From: an uncultured Coriobacteriia bacterium
GTDB taxonomy: Bacteria > Actinomycetota > Coriobacteriia > Coriobacteriales > QAMH01
Direction: 5' to 3'
DNA: 64,000 nucleotides
NCBI GenBank assembly: GCA_959608885.1
Contig: CAUHSG010000003.1
Span: forward strand, 2,276-66,275
The notes below the pieces were generated by a model. The model was not told where the DNA came from. It did not search any database and saw nothing but the letters and a program-made list of their open reading frames with translations. Made by a program: the position numbers and the translations under genes. Positions 27,627 through 36,642 of this stretch are shown here, piece after piece. Position 1 is the first letter of the stretch. Every line of letters starts with the position of its first letter.

Positions 27627-28448
27627 ATGAGTGACGAGATGCTTGACGCGAAGTACCGGGATCTGCTCGAGCAGCTCCGCTCGTTCGAAAGTGTTGCCGT
27701 TGCCTTCTCGGGCGGCGTCGATTCTGCTCTGTTGCTCCATGCCGCCCGCGAAGCACTTGGCGAATGCGTCGTCGCCATCACGGCGCAGTCCCGCCTCTTT
27801 CCGCAGCGCGAACTCGACGAGGCCATCGCTTTCTGCCGCGAACGCGATATCCCGCAGGTCATCGTGCCCACACACGAGTTCGAGGACGAGGCGTTTCGCC
27901 GGAACCCGCCCGACCGCTGCTATCTGTGCAAAACGGGACTCTTGCAGGCTGTCATCGATGCGGCAAATGAGCGCTGCGTCGAAACCGTTGTCGAGGGGTC
28001 GAACGTCGATGACGAAAGCGATTACCGCCCGGGTTCCCGTGCGATAGCCGAGCTTGACGTGCTCAGCCCGCTTAAAGACGCGGGCCTCACGAAGAGCGAT
28101 ATACGTGAGCTATCACGCGAAAGGGGGCTGCCCACCTGGGACAAGCCATCGTTTGCGTGCCTTGCCACGCGCTTCGCGTTCGGCACCTGTCTGAGCGCAG
28201 ATCATCTCGCCATGATCGATGCTGCAGAGCAGTTTCTCCTCGACCGGGGCTTTCATCAGGTGCGCGTGCGCTATCACGGGTCCACGGCACGCGTCGAGGT
28301 GAGAGCAGACGAGGTCAAGCGACTCGTTCTGCCCGAGAACAGAGAGGCAATGGAGCGCAGGTTCAAGGAGCTCGGCTTCGAGCGGGTGGAGGTTGACCCT
28401 GACGGATATCGCACAGGTAACATGAACGTGGCAAGCGAGGGCATGTAG
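27627..28448 (+). CDS. larE: LarE-family PP-loop ATP-dependent sulfur transferase
   Basis: PP-loop AFSGGVDSALL, GSNVDD, and FACLATRF containing the conserved Cys of the LarE/TIGR00268 family. Confidence 0.82.
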   Translation: MSDEMLDAKYRDLLEQLRSFESVAVAFSGGVDSALLLHAAREALGECVVAITAQSRLFPQRELDEAIAFCRERDIPQVIVPTHEFEDEAFRRNPPDRCYLCKTGLLQAVIDAANERCVETVVEGSNVDDESDYRPGSRAIAELDVLSPLKDAGLTKSDIRELSRERGLPTWDKPSFACLATRFAFGTCLSADHLAMIDAAEQFLLDRGFHQVRVRYHGSTARVEVRADEVKRLVLPENREAMERRFKELGFERVEVDPDGYRTGNMNVASEGM

Positions 28449-28514
28449 GCGGTTCTCGCAAGGTAATGCCCTATACTTGAGATCAAAGCCCATCATTTTG
28501 CAAAAGGAGAATTC

Positions 28515-28949
28515 ATGAGCGAGTCACGCGCCGGATGGTATCCGGACCCATCGGGAGATCCGTCGAAGCTTCGTTACTGGGATGGCACCCAGTGGACGGA
28601 CGACTATGCAGATAGTCCCACGTGCGCCCAGGCTTCGGCAGAGCAAGTCGACCCTGCCGCCGGAGAGGTCGTGTGTCAGGCGCAGATTATCGATGATAGG
28701 CAGCCCACATATAACATGGACTCGCAGGACTCCACGCTGCGCCTCATCGCCTTCGTCTTTTGCGTCATCTCCACCGTGACAGCGGGCTGGATGCTCATCC
28801 CGCTTGCCTGGATGGTTCCCATGACCGTGATTACCTGGGGAATCTACAAGGGCAAGAAGAGGAACACGACGGCGTTCGGCGTCTGCACGCTCATCTTCGT
28901 GAGTCTCGTGGGAGGCATCTTGCTCCTCGTCTCCAAGAAGGACGACTAG
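28515..28949 (+). CDS. DUF2510-type N-terminal domain protein with two C-terminal TM helices
   Basis: GWYPDPSGDPSKLRYWDGTQWTD is the DUF2510 signature. The C-terminal half is hydrophobic. Confidence 0.7.
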   Translation: MSESRAGWYPDPSGDPSKLRYWDGTQWTDDYADSPTCAQASAEQVDPAAGEVVCQAQIIDDRQPTYNMDSQDSTLRLIAFVFCVISTVTAGWMLIPLAWMVPMTVITWGIYKGKKRNTTAFGVCTLIFVSLVGGILLLVSKKDD

Positions 28950-28965
28950 CTCGATATAGTCGAAA

Positions 28966-28996
28966 GTGAGACAAATGGACAGGGCATTTGTCTCAC
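28966..28996. repeat. type-A palindromic intergenic repeat
   Basis: GTGAGACAAATGGACAGGGCATTTGTCTCAC. Confidence 0.85.
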
Positions 28997-29144
28997 CATC
29001 CTACGTAACAAAACGGGGACAGACCTCGCATCTCGTCCGCACTCTATTCAGTTCGGCATATAGTGTGCACGTACGCCACGCAGTGGCCAGCTACTCCGCG
29101 CTCATGACGCCGCGCGGACACGAGAGCGGAAGTGGGTTCATCTC

Positions 29145-30449
29145 ATGAAGACCAGTAAGATCAAGAAGGCGGACGGCAAGGTAATCCTCGAAGTCACCGC
29201 CACGTCCGATGACGTCAACAAGGCATTTTCGCTTGCGGAGCTCGACTTCGCCAACTCGATGGGTATAAACCCCGAACCCGGCAAGACGATTGCGCAAATG
29301 GCCGAAGAGAAGATGGGGATCAAGAATCTCGATTCCATCATCGAGGCAAACGCCATCGAGGCGCTCGCACCCTTTGCGATTGACAAAAGCGGCATCGCTC
29401 CCGCGTTTCCTCCCCATCCCACTCCGAGCACGGCAATCAAGCGCAACCAGGAGTTCAGCTTCACGATGGAAGTGACCCCCAAGCCCGACTACGAGCTCAC
29501 CTCATACGATCCGATCGAGGTCACCCTTCCTCCGTTCACAATCAACGAGGCCGAGGTCGACGCGCAGATTGCGCAGCTTGCCGAGCGCAACACCACTTAT
29601 ACGACCGCCGATCCCAAGCCGCTCGAAAAGGGCGATGCGTGTCTCGTGTCCATCAAATGCTACGAGGATGGCAAGGAGCTCACGGGTCTTACCACCGATG
29701 GTCGCACGTACGTTGCCGGAGAGGGTTTCATGCCCGCCGACTTCGACGCGCATATCTTTGGCATGGAGCCGGGCGAGACACGCAAGTTCGTCTTCGAGGG
29801 TCCGAGTGTCGATGAGAATTACAACGAGATCATGCAGAAGTTCGACTGCGAGGTCACGCTCAAGGAGATCCAGAAGCCGGTCGTCCCCACCGTTGATGAC
29901 GAATGGCTTGCCACCAACCTCCCCATGTACAAGAGCCTCGACGATTTGCGCGGCGATATTCGCAAGAGCATCGAGAAACGCGATTCCGAGCAATACGAGG
30001 AATACAAGCGCCAGATGGTCGCAAGTGCGCTTGGCGCGCGCTTCGAGGGCAAGATTGCCGACGAGGTGTACGAGAACGCACGTGACAACCTCATGAAGAA
30101 CATCCGCATGGGCCTCAAGCAGCAGGGTATGAGCTGGGAAGATTACGTGCAGCAAAACGGTGGCGAGCAGCAGATGAGCATGATGCTCATGCTGCAGACG
30201 CGCGAGATGGTCGTGCAGGGCTACGCGCTCGATGCGATCTTCCGCCACGAGAATCTCGGTCTTTCCGAGGATGACATCGACGAGGCATGTCACATGATGG
30301 CACCTGGCGTTAATCCCAAGCAGGTTCGTCAGCAGATCGAGAACGAGGGCAAGGGCTTCGTGTTGCGCGAGTCTGCCGAGCGTCTGAAGGCGAACAAGTG
30401 GGCAGCCGAGCATGCGAAGGTGACGATACAGGAGCCGGTGCAGGCATAG
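29145..30449 (+). CDS. tig: trigger factor-like chaperone
   Basis: 434 aa with trigger-factor-like architecture. The middle region (VTLPPFTINEAEVDAQIAQLAERNTTY...KGDACLVSIKCYEDGKEL...GEGFMPADFDAHIFGMEPGE) is followed by a long helical C-terminal domain. I could not see the canonical GFRxGxxP ribosome-binding motif. Confidence 0.7.
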   Translation: MKTSKIKKADGKVILEVTATSDDVNKAFSLAELDFANSMGINPEPGKTIAQMAEEKMGIKNLDSIIEANAIEALAPFAIDKSGIAPAFPPHPTPSTAIKRNQEFSFTMEVTPKPDYELTSYDPIEVTLPPFTINEAEVDAQIAQLAERNTTYTTADPKPLEKGDACLVSIKCYEDGKELTGLTTDGRTYVAGEGFMPADFDAHIFGMEPGETRKFVFEGPSVDENYNEIMQKFDCEVTLKEIQKPVVPTVDDEWLATNLPMYKSLDDLRGDIRKSIEKRDSEQYEEYKRQMVASALGARFEGKIADEVYENARDNLMKNIRMGLKQQGMSWEDYVQQNGGEQQMSMMLMLQTREMVVQGYALDAIFRHENLGLSEDDIDEACHMMAPGVNPKQVRQQIENEGKGFVLRESAERLKANKWAAEHAKVTIQEPVQA

Positions 30450-30468
30450 CGGCCGACATACACAGTGC

Positions 30469-30516
30469 AAAGGCACCGGAAAGACCATTGGGCAGAAGCG
30501 GTCTTTTCGGTGCCTT
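30469..30516. terminator. long hairpin between convergent genes (bidirectional terminator candidate)
   Basis: AAGGCACCGGAAAGACC-attgggcagaagc-GGTCTTTTCGGTGCCTT has a 17-bp stem with one mismatch. A G8 tract follows at 30536-30543. Confidence 0.6.
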
Positions 30517-30551
30517 CATGTATGGCAAAGGACACGGGGGGGGTGAAGGGC

Positions 30552-30977
30552 CTAGTCGCTCACGTCGAGCAGCTTTACCCAGTAGACGATGTCCTTGCCT
30601 GCGAGGGGATGGTTGAAGTCGATGGTAGCGACCTGGTTTTCCACGCTCACCACCTTTGCCGGAATGGGCTCGATGTTACGCGGCGAAGTCCACCCGATGT
30701 ATTCGCCAACGGGTAGGTTTTCGCCGTTGGGCACCTTGTAGGTGGGGAAGTGCTGTACGGCGCTCTCGTCGTATTCGCCGTAGGCGTCTGCCGCCGCGAG
30801 TTCGACCGTGCGCTCCTCGCCCGGCTCCATTTCGAGTAGGACGTCTTCCAAGGCTTTCATGACCTGACGCCTGCCGAGGATTATCTCGTGCGGAGTGCCC
30901 TCGCAGTCGTCAAAGACCTCGCCGTCGGGAAAGCTGCCGCGATACAGGAAGCGCGCGGTTTGTCCCTTTTGCGCCAT
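30552..30977 (-). CDS. FKBP-type peptidyl-prolyl cis-trans isomerase, SlyD-like
   Basis: From MAQKGQTARFLYRGSFPDGEVFDD...ILGRRQVMKALEDVLLEMEPGEE...DFNHPLAGKDIVYWVKLLDV. The start is moved to 30977 because the ORF-track start lies inside a repeat. Confidence 0.85.
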   Translation of the reverse strand: MAQKGQTARFLYRGSFPDGEVFDDCEGTPHEIILGRRQVMKALEDVLLEMEPGEERTVELAAADAYGEYDESAVQHFPTYKVPNGENLPVGEYIGWTSPRNIEPIPAKVVSVENQVATIDFNHPLAGKDIVYWVKLLDVSD

Positions 30978-31004
30978 ATGACCGCTCCTTTCGTTGAGCA
31001 TTGG

Positions 31005-31045
31005 CAAAACTGGGACAAATGGACACGTCATTTGTCCCAGTTTTG
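31005..31045. repeat. type-A palindromic intergenic repeat (extended 17-bp stem)
   Basis: CAAAACTGGGACAAATGGACACGTCATTTGTCCCAGTTTTG. Confidence 0.85.
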
Positions 31046-31069
31046 CTCTGCGGTTTCGAGCGGATGCGC

Positions 31070-31237
31070 CTAGTGCCAGCGCTGTGAGGTGAGGAAGAAT
31101 CCCTCGACGGGCTTGATCTCGCTATCGTCGTCAACGAGGTCGGCGGCGAGCTCTTCTGCGTTGTTGCAGATTGCGCTCACGGGAGCCTCGATCTCATCGA
31201 CCTCTACGCTCTCTTCGGTAATCTTCTCGTCAGCCAT
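31070..31237 (-). CDS. hypothetical small acidic protein (55 aa)
   Basis: ATG at 31237 is preceded by a strong AGGAGAGGA RBS. The protein reads MADEKITEESVEVDEIEAPVSAICNNAEELAADLVDDDSEIKPVEGFFLTSQRWH. I recognise no family. Confidence 0.4.
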   Translation of the reverse strand: MADEKITEESVEVDEIEAPVSAICNNAEELAADLVDDDSEIKPVEGFFLTSQRWH

Positions 31238-31447
31238 GGTTCCTCTCCTCTTCATTGAATGCAAGGCTGCCGGACTCCTGCGAACGCCGTCTCATAACCC
31301 ATGGGAAGGCGCCGCGTATGAAATTCCGGCGTCCATCAGATAGTAGTTCCCCGCTCATCGCCTGCCTATCGTATGAAAGGTATGAGATTGGATACAAGCT
31401 ATCAAACTCCCCGCTCGATAGTTCGCCGCGCAACGAGACGATAGGGT

Positions 31448-32728
31448 TTGCTCCAATGGCAGAAGAAGGGAAGGAACCCCGTGGCTCAGGACAACGCAAA
31501 ATCTACTGGTACCATTATGAAAGAAGGGACACCGCAGGACGGGCGCAGGTATCAGAATCCCGTGCTTGTGGGAATCGTGCTGCTCATATCGGGCATTTCG
31601 GTGGCGATGATCCAGTACAAGGTCCCCACCATCATGACAAATCTCATGGGGCTGTTTTCGATGGATGCGTCAACGGCCTCCTGGCTCATGTCGATCTTCA
31701 CGCTCGTGAGCATCTTCGTTGCGTTGCCGGCTGGCGCGCTCGCTCAGCGCTTCGGGGCCAAGCGCATGTTGATCATCGCATGCGGCATCGCCATCGCGGG
31801 TTCCCTCATCGGTCTCGCGTCCGATACGAGTCCCATGCTCATCGTATCGCGTGCCGTCGAGGGTGCGGCCCTCACTATCCTCACGACGTGCGGCCCCATC
31901 ATCGTTCAGCAGAACGTGAGCCCGGACAAGGTGGGAACGTCCATGGGCATATGGGGCATATGGGGCTGCCTGGGGTCAACCGTCGCGGCGGTGCTCACCC
32001 CGACCGTTTTCGGCATGTGGGGCTTCGACGGCCTATGGATTGCATTTGCCGTCGTCACGGCAGTGGCTGCCATGCTCGTGCTCGTTTTCATCCGCAAGCC
32101 GGCGCAGATGCCCGTTGCCGTGGAGGTGCAAGACGCGGTGACGCAGCCTGCTCGGAAACCACGTTATCGTGACATCTTCTCCAAGGACATGTTCCTGTTC
32201 TTCGGGGCGTTCGTCGTCTACAACATCTGCATGCTCGCTATCCTGGCGTTCGTGCCGACCATTCTGCAGATGCAGGGTTTCGACGCGACGCTGTCCGGCA
32301 TCATAAGCACGGCTCCCATGTTGCTTTCGATCATATCCTCGCCGCTGTTCGGCGTGATTTCGGACAAGATCGGCCGCAACAAGCCGCTGCTCATCATCGC
32401 CATGTTCGTCATGGGCCCATGTACGTTCCTGCTCTATACCCAGACGGGGCCGTTGCTCTGGGTCGGTGTCATCGCGATGGGGTTACTCGGCATGGGTGGC
32501 ATTGGCCAGTACCTTTCGGGTTTCACCAAATTGCTACCGAGTCTCGAACTCGCGTCCGTGGGAATGGGCGTCCTTGTCACCTTCCAGGGAGTTGGCCAGT
32601 TCCTCGGTACCTTCTTCGTGCAGATGCTGCTCGGTCCGCAGTTGACCGAGTGGTGGTTTGCCGGAATCGCGCTCATGGTCCTGGGGTTTGCGGGTACCGC
32701 TCTTATCGCCATCTGCAAGCTCCGCTAG
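31448..32728 (+). CDS. MFS transporter
   Basis: 12-TM-like profile with an MFS loop motif (GALAQRFGAKRM). The true start is probably GTG at 31481 (GGGAAGGA RBS) or ATG at 31517. Confidence 0.85.
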   Translation: MLQWQKKGRNPVAQDNAKSTGTIMKEGTPQDGRRYQNPVLVGIVLLISGISVAMIQYKVPTIMTNLMGLFSMDASTASWLMSIFTLVSIFVALPAGALAQRFGAKRMLIIACGIAIAGSLIGLASDTSPMLIVSRAVEGAALTILTTCGPIIVQQNVSPDKVGTSMGIWGIWGCLGSTVAAVLTPTVFGMWGFDGLWIAFAVVTAVAAMLVLVFIRKPAQMPVAVEVQDAVTQPARKPRYRDIFSKDMFLFFGAFVVYNICMLAILAFVPTILQMQGFDATLSGIISTAPMLLSIISSPLFGVISDKIGRNKPLLIIAMFVMGPCTFLLYTQTGPLLWVGVIAMGLLGMGGIGQYLSGFTKLLPSLELASVGMGVLVTFQGVGQFLGTFFVQMLLGPQLTEWWFAGIALMVLGFAGTALIAICKLR

Positions 32729-33027
32729 GGGCGTGTGGCTGGCCTCATACGCCTTCACCCCCACTTTGGCCTGCGTGTTCGTTGCGTGTATCATGTGCGT
32801 CATACTTTTTGTACGATGGTTTCGCCTTTTTGCAGACGATATATTGGCATTGGGGGTTGGGCCTGTGCCCGCGTGTCATTCGCGTCTTGCCGTCCTCTGG
32901 TAGGAGAATTCGCGGCAGCCCGCGTGGGCAGCGCCTGCAACCGCAGATTCTAGATTCAGATGCTTTCCTCGGGGGAGGGGGCTCTCGCAACGCGCAACGC
33001 GCGCTGCGCGAAGCAAGGGGGCGTATC

Positions 33028-34557
33028 ATGAACGAGGCACAATCGGACGCCGACGGTGACATCCAGGCCAATCGCAAGCCCATCGGTGGAAACGAGGCCG
33101 ATTTCGAGGCGGTGCTGATTGATGGCATCCTTGGATTCAGCCTGTCGATCGGCAATGCCATACTGCTGCTCGTCGGTTCCATATCCCATGCGCAGTCCAT
33201 CTTCCAAGCGGCGACCATGCTCGTCGCGTCGGCAGTCGTCGCGGCGCTGTTCTTCAAGATCGTCCAGCTCAAGACGGATGTCATTTCGGCGAACCTGCCG
33301 CGCGTGGTCTACGTATGCGGGCATGCGCTCTGCTTCCTGGTTTCGATCATAGGCATGTTCCTGGGCATCGATTACGTCACGGCTATCGCTGCGGCACTCG
33401 GTCTCGCCGACACCCTCATACTCTACGGGCGCTTTCTGGCCGCCCTTGCCCGAAAGGCCCTCATGCTCGTCGTGGACACGGCCTTTCTATATCCTGGCGT
33501 CTTGATGATGATCATCGTCAACGTTCCCGTTCCCTACGACACGATCGTGCTTTCGGTCATGGTGCTCGTTACGATCGTCGTCGCATTGCTCTTCGTCCGA
33601 CGTCACTACGATTTCGGCGAGCTCATAAGCGCTGCGGATTCAAAGGCCCGTAGCATCAAGGTCAAGGGAAACGTGCACACGCTCTTTCTCGTCGGCTTCA
33701 TGATCGCCGCGTTCCTGCTCTTCAACCCGCTGCCCTTCGGCATCGAAATGTCGAACGTGGCGCTCGGCCTTGCCTTTGCCATCGCGGGTCTGCTTTCCCT
33801 GATCATGCGACAGGTAAACGAACGCGGTTCGAAGGACGCACTCAGAAAGAGCATGGCGCTCGCCTCCGTGGTGCTGCTTTTGCCGCTCGTGCTCGTACCC
33901 GACGAGGTGAAGCTCGTGCTTCTCGCGTGTTATAGCTGCTTTGTCATTTTGGAGACGTTGACCATCCTCGATGCGATCGTTGAGACCGTGCGCTTCAACC
34001 TCATCGCCGCCATGTGGCTCATCGGCAAGGAGTGCTCGGTATTCTTCGCGGGCATGGGTGTGGGAGGATTGCTCTTCTCGCTGTTTCCATTCCTGGCGCA
34101 GTTGGTCGGTGACGTCGACGCGACGCTCATGCTCTGCATCGTGGTCGCGGTAATCTGCGCGTGGATGCAGATAAACGTTAACTATCAGATCTATCCTTTC
34201 GAGCCCATCATCGAAGAACCGGTTGATGACGAGGTGACTGCGCACATCGAACGCACGGGACGTCGCAAGGCCCAGTGGCATCAGAAGATCGATGCGGTGT
34301 GCGAGCAGTATCATCTCTCGCCGCGCGAGTGCGAGATTCTTCCCATCTTGCTCAGGGGACGCGACGCCAAGTACATCATGGACACCTTTTACATCTCACA
34401 GTCAACTGCGAAGACGCACATATATAACATCTATCGCAAGTTCGGCATCCACTCCCGTCAAGAGCTGCTCGACTTTGTCGAGGACATCGAGTTCATCGAT
34501 TTCGGCGTTTCCGATGAGCCCGTGGAGCGGGATGAGACGGATCAGGAGAAGAGCTGA
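33028..34557 (+). CDS. membrane-embedded LuxR-family transcriptional regulator (multi-TM N-terminal domain + C-terminal LuxR HTH)
   Basis: From ATG at 33028 there are ~400 aa of repeated hydrophobic helices, followed by LSPRECEILPILLRGRDAKYIMDTFYISQSTAKTHIYNIYRKFGIHSRQEL. The 5' part of the ORF-track entry (32419-33027) overlaps the MFS gene and is discounted. Confidence 0.85.
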   Translation: MNEAQSDADGDIQANRKPIGGNEADFEAVLIDGILGFSLSIGNAILLLVGSISHAQSIFQAATMLVASAVVAALFFKIVQLKTDVISANLPRVVYVCGHALCFLVSIIGMFLGIDYVTAIAAALGLADTLILYGRFLAALARKALMLVVDTAFLYPGVLMMIIVNVPVPYDTIVLSVMVLVTIVVALLFVRRHYDFGELISAADSKARSIKVKGNVHTLFLVGFMIAAFLLFNPLPFGIEMSNVALGLAFAIAGLLSLIMRQVNERGSKDALRKSMALASVVLLLPLVLVPDEVKLVLLACYSCFVILETLTILDAIVETVRFNLIAAMWLIGKECSVFFAGMGVGGLLFSLFPFLAQLVGDVDATLMLCIVVAVICAWMQINVNYQIYPFEPIIEEPVDDEVTAHIERTGRRKAQWHQKIDAVCEQYHLSPRECEILPILLRGRDAKYIMDTFYISQSTAKTHIYNIYRKFGIHSRQELLDFVEDIEFIDFGVSDEPVERDETDQEKS

Positions 34558-34825
34558 GCTCGTCCCCAGACCTCTCTGACAGAGGGGTCGAAACACCTCA
34601 TACTTCAGGTTCGATGCTTTGACCGGGAGCTTTCCGAACCTCTCACAGAATTTCCACATTTGCGACCAATTCTCGTCCGGAAATAAACCCAGGACAATTT
34701 TGCCCACGGAGACGTGCGCCCATACGCACGCATTCGACTCCGGGTTGTGCGGCTCGGAGCGACCGATGTCCCAAAGGGATGTCGGTTGGGGAGGGAATGT
34801 GGTAATTGATAGAAGAGGAGGAGTT

Positions 34826-36064
34826 ATGTCTGATCAATCACTTGATAAGTCCAAGTGCATAGACGGCAGCTATGGGTGGGTAGTCGTGCTGTTCACCATG
34901 TTGGTGGGCTTCGTTCCGGGCTCCAACATGGCCAAGGCGATTTCGCTCGCACCAATTGTCTGCATGAACTTCCAGATCAACGAGGCAACCTTCGGTCTGA
35001 TCGTCGCGTCTTTCTACATCATGGGCTTCATCATGGCGTTCCCCACCACGGGCTTGGTTAACAAGCTCGGCATGAAGGGGTCCGTCGCCATCGCCGTCGG
35101 CTGCGGCATCATCGGCTCCATCATGGGCGCCATGGCCGGTACCAACCTCACGGTCTTCGTCGTCAGCCGCGTTATCGAGGGTGCGTCGTTCGGCATCATG
35201 GGCGTCGTTGGCGCATCGTCAATCGGCCCGTGGTTCTCGCCCAAGAAGCGCTCGCTTCCGCTGTCCATCTGGTCCATGTGGGTTGCCGTCTGCATGTGCG
35301 TCTGCCCGATTCTCTTCGGCTGGCTCAACGAGTCCATGGGCGTCGACATGGCGGGCATCTGGTGGGGTACCGCGGTCTACGACCTCGTCGTCGGCATCCT
35401 GTTCATCCTGTTCTATCGCAGGCCGCTCGACCTCGACAAGGTCGAGAACGAGGAGGATCCCACGGGTACCAAGAAGGCAAGCATCAGCCGCGCTCTGAAG
35501 AGCCCGATGCTGTGGGCGCTCGCCCTCATCTTCCTGTTCGACGAGGCCGCGTTCATGGCAATCAACGGCTTCATCGTCCAGTACCTTACGACGCAGCTCG
35601 ATGCGTCACTCGTTCTGGCAAACGCCATCTTCTCGTTGTTCGGCTTGATGGGTGCTCTCACGCCCCCCATTTCCGGCTGGATTACCCAGAAGTGGAACAA
35701 CCATCGCTGGGTCCTGCTCGTCGGCCTGTTCGTCGCGGTCATCTACACCGCCCTGGTCTTCCAGCTTAAAGACCCGATGCTCTACTATCCGCTGTCCATC
35801 CTTGCCGGTATCGTCGGCGGCGCCGTGCCCTCCATCCTGTGGCAGTTCACGCCCAACACGGTCGAGGATGCCGATATCCCCGCGGCTAACGCCTTCATGG
35901 CGTTTACGCAGAACATCGGCATGACCATCGGCGCGCTCATCATCGGCAACGCGATCGTCATGTGGGGTTGGAGCATGGGCTCCCTCATCGGCATGGTGCC
36001 CCTGTACATCATCTGCCTCATCATCTACTTCGCCTTTGGCGTCCAGAAGAAGCTCAAGCTCTAG
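34826..36064 (+). CDS. MFS transporter (oxalate/formate antiporter-like)
   Basis: ATG at 34826 follows an AGAGGAGGAG RBS. 412 aa with 12 hydrophobic segments. Confidence 0.85.
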   Translation: MSDQSLDKSKCIDGSYGWVVVLFTMLVGFVPGSNMAKAISLAPIVCMNFQINEATFGLIVASFYIMGFIMAFPTTGLVNKLGMKGSVAIAVGCGIIGSIMGAMAGTNLTVFVVSRVIEGASFGIMGVVGASSIGPWFSPKKRSLPLSIWSMWVAVCMCVCPILFGWLNESMGVDMAGIWWGTAVYDLVVGILFILFYRRPLDLDKVENEEDPTGTKKASISRALKSPMLWALALIFLFDEAAFMAINGFIVQYLTTQLDASLVLANAIFSLFGLMGALTPPISGWITQKWNNHRWVLLVGLFVAVIYTALVFQLKDPMLYYPLSILAGIVGGAVPSILWQFTPNTVEDADIPAANAFMAFTQNIGMTIGALIIGNAIVMWGWSMGSLIGMVPLYIICLIIYFAFGVQKKLKL

Positions 36065-36435
36065 TTTGCTTCGCGTGCGATGGGGTGCGCCGCTTGGGGC
36101 GGCCACCCCATTCGCGCGTTCTTTGTCCTTTGTGTAACTGGAACGGAATCCGAGATCGTTCATGTAAATCACCCGTTCACGGCCTTGTCTATAACCGACA
36201 TCAGCCGTGGAGTACGAGGGGATTTCGCAGGGGGACCATGATTTCCGCACCCATGTACGATTCTCAACTTGCGTCTCGGAACCGTAATTTTTGCATGTGC
36301 CGTGTTCCCTCGACGGCAATTGCAAATTCGAGCTGGGACGTGTCCTGGCTCAATGGACCGCCTTCCTCGCACAACGGCACGGGATTGTCCCGAGCCGCGG
36401 AAGGCATCCCGCCTCTTTTGAAAGGAGAGACGTGT

Positions 36436-36642
36436 ATGTGTTTCAGACCCGCAAGCTTTGAGTCCGAAGGTGACAACCCCTATTTCGTTCCCGGAGATCC
36501 CGAGGATGCCGCAGCCCCCGGTGCCCCCGGAGCCCCCGGCGCACCCGGCGCACCCGGAGCTCCCGCGGCACCTGGTGCCCCCACCGCTCCCGGAGCTCCC
36601 GCGGCACCGGGCGCACCCGCCGCGCCGGGCCAGCCGTCTTAA
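36436..36642 (+). CDS. small protein (68 aa): N-terminus MCFRPAS followed by 14 consecutive P-x-A triplets
   Basis: An AGGAG RBS lies 8 nt upstream of ATG at 36436. The protein reads MCFRPASFESEGDNPYFVPGDPEDAAAPGAPGAPGAPGAPGAPAAPGAPTAPGAPAAPGAPAAPGQPS. The N-terminus and synteny are shared with the 61160-61387 protein. It is hidden in the ORF track inside a spurious 226-aa ORF. Confidence 0.55.
   Translation: MCFRPASFESEGDNPYFVPGDPEDAAAPGAPGAPGAPGAPGAPAAPGAPTAPGAPAAPGAPAAPGQPS

Noticed and set aside
32419-33027. N-terminal ~200-aa extension of the LuxR ORF (712 aa in the ORF track).
   Set aside because: It overlaps the end of the MFS gene in another frame and then crosses a 300-nt spacer. 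It is Arg/Pro/Gly-rich. ATG at 33028 has an RBS and begins the hydrophobic sensor domain.
35962-36435. The 5' part of the 226-aa ORF that contains the MCFRP mini-protein.
   Set aside because: It overlaps the MFS 3' end and crosses a terminator-like hairpin (about 36080-36118). Only the segment from ATG 36436 has an RBS and a counterpart elsewhere (61160-61387).
36510-36636. Short-period DNA repeat (ggngcnccn units), considered as a CRISPR array or non-coding tandem repeat.
   Set aside because: The period is 9 nt with no spacers. It is in frame and encodes the P-x-A tail of the mini-protein. No cas genes or repeat-spacer structure occur anywhere in the window.
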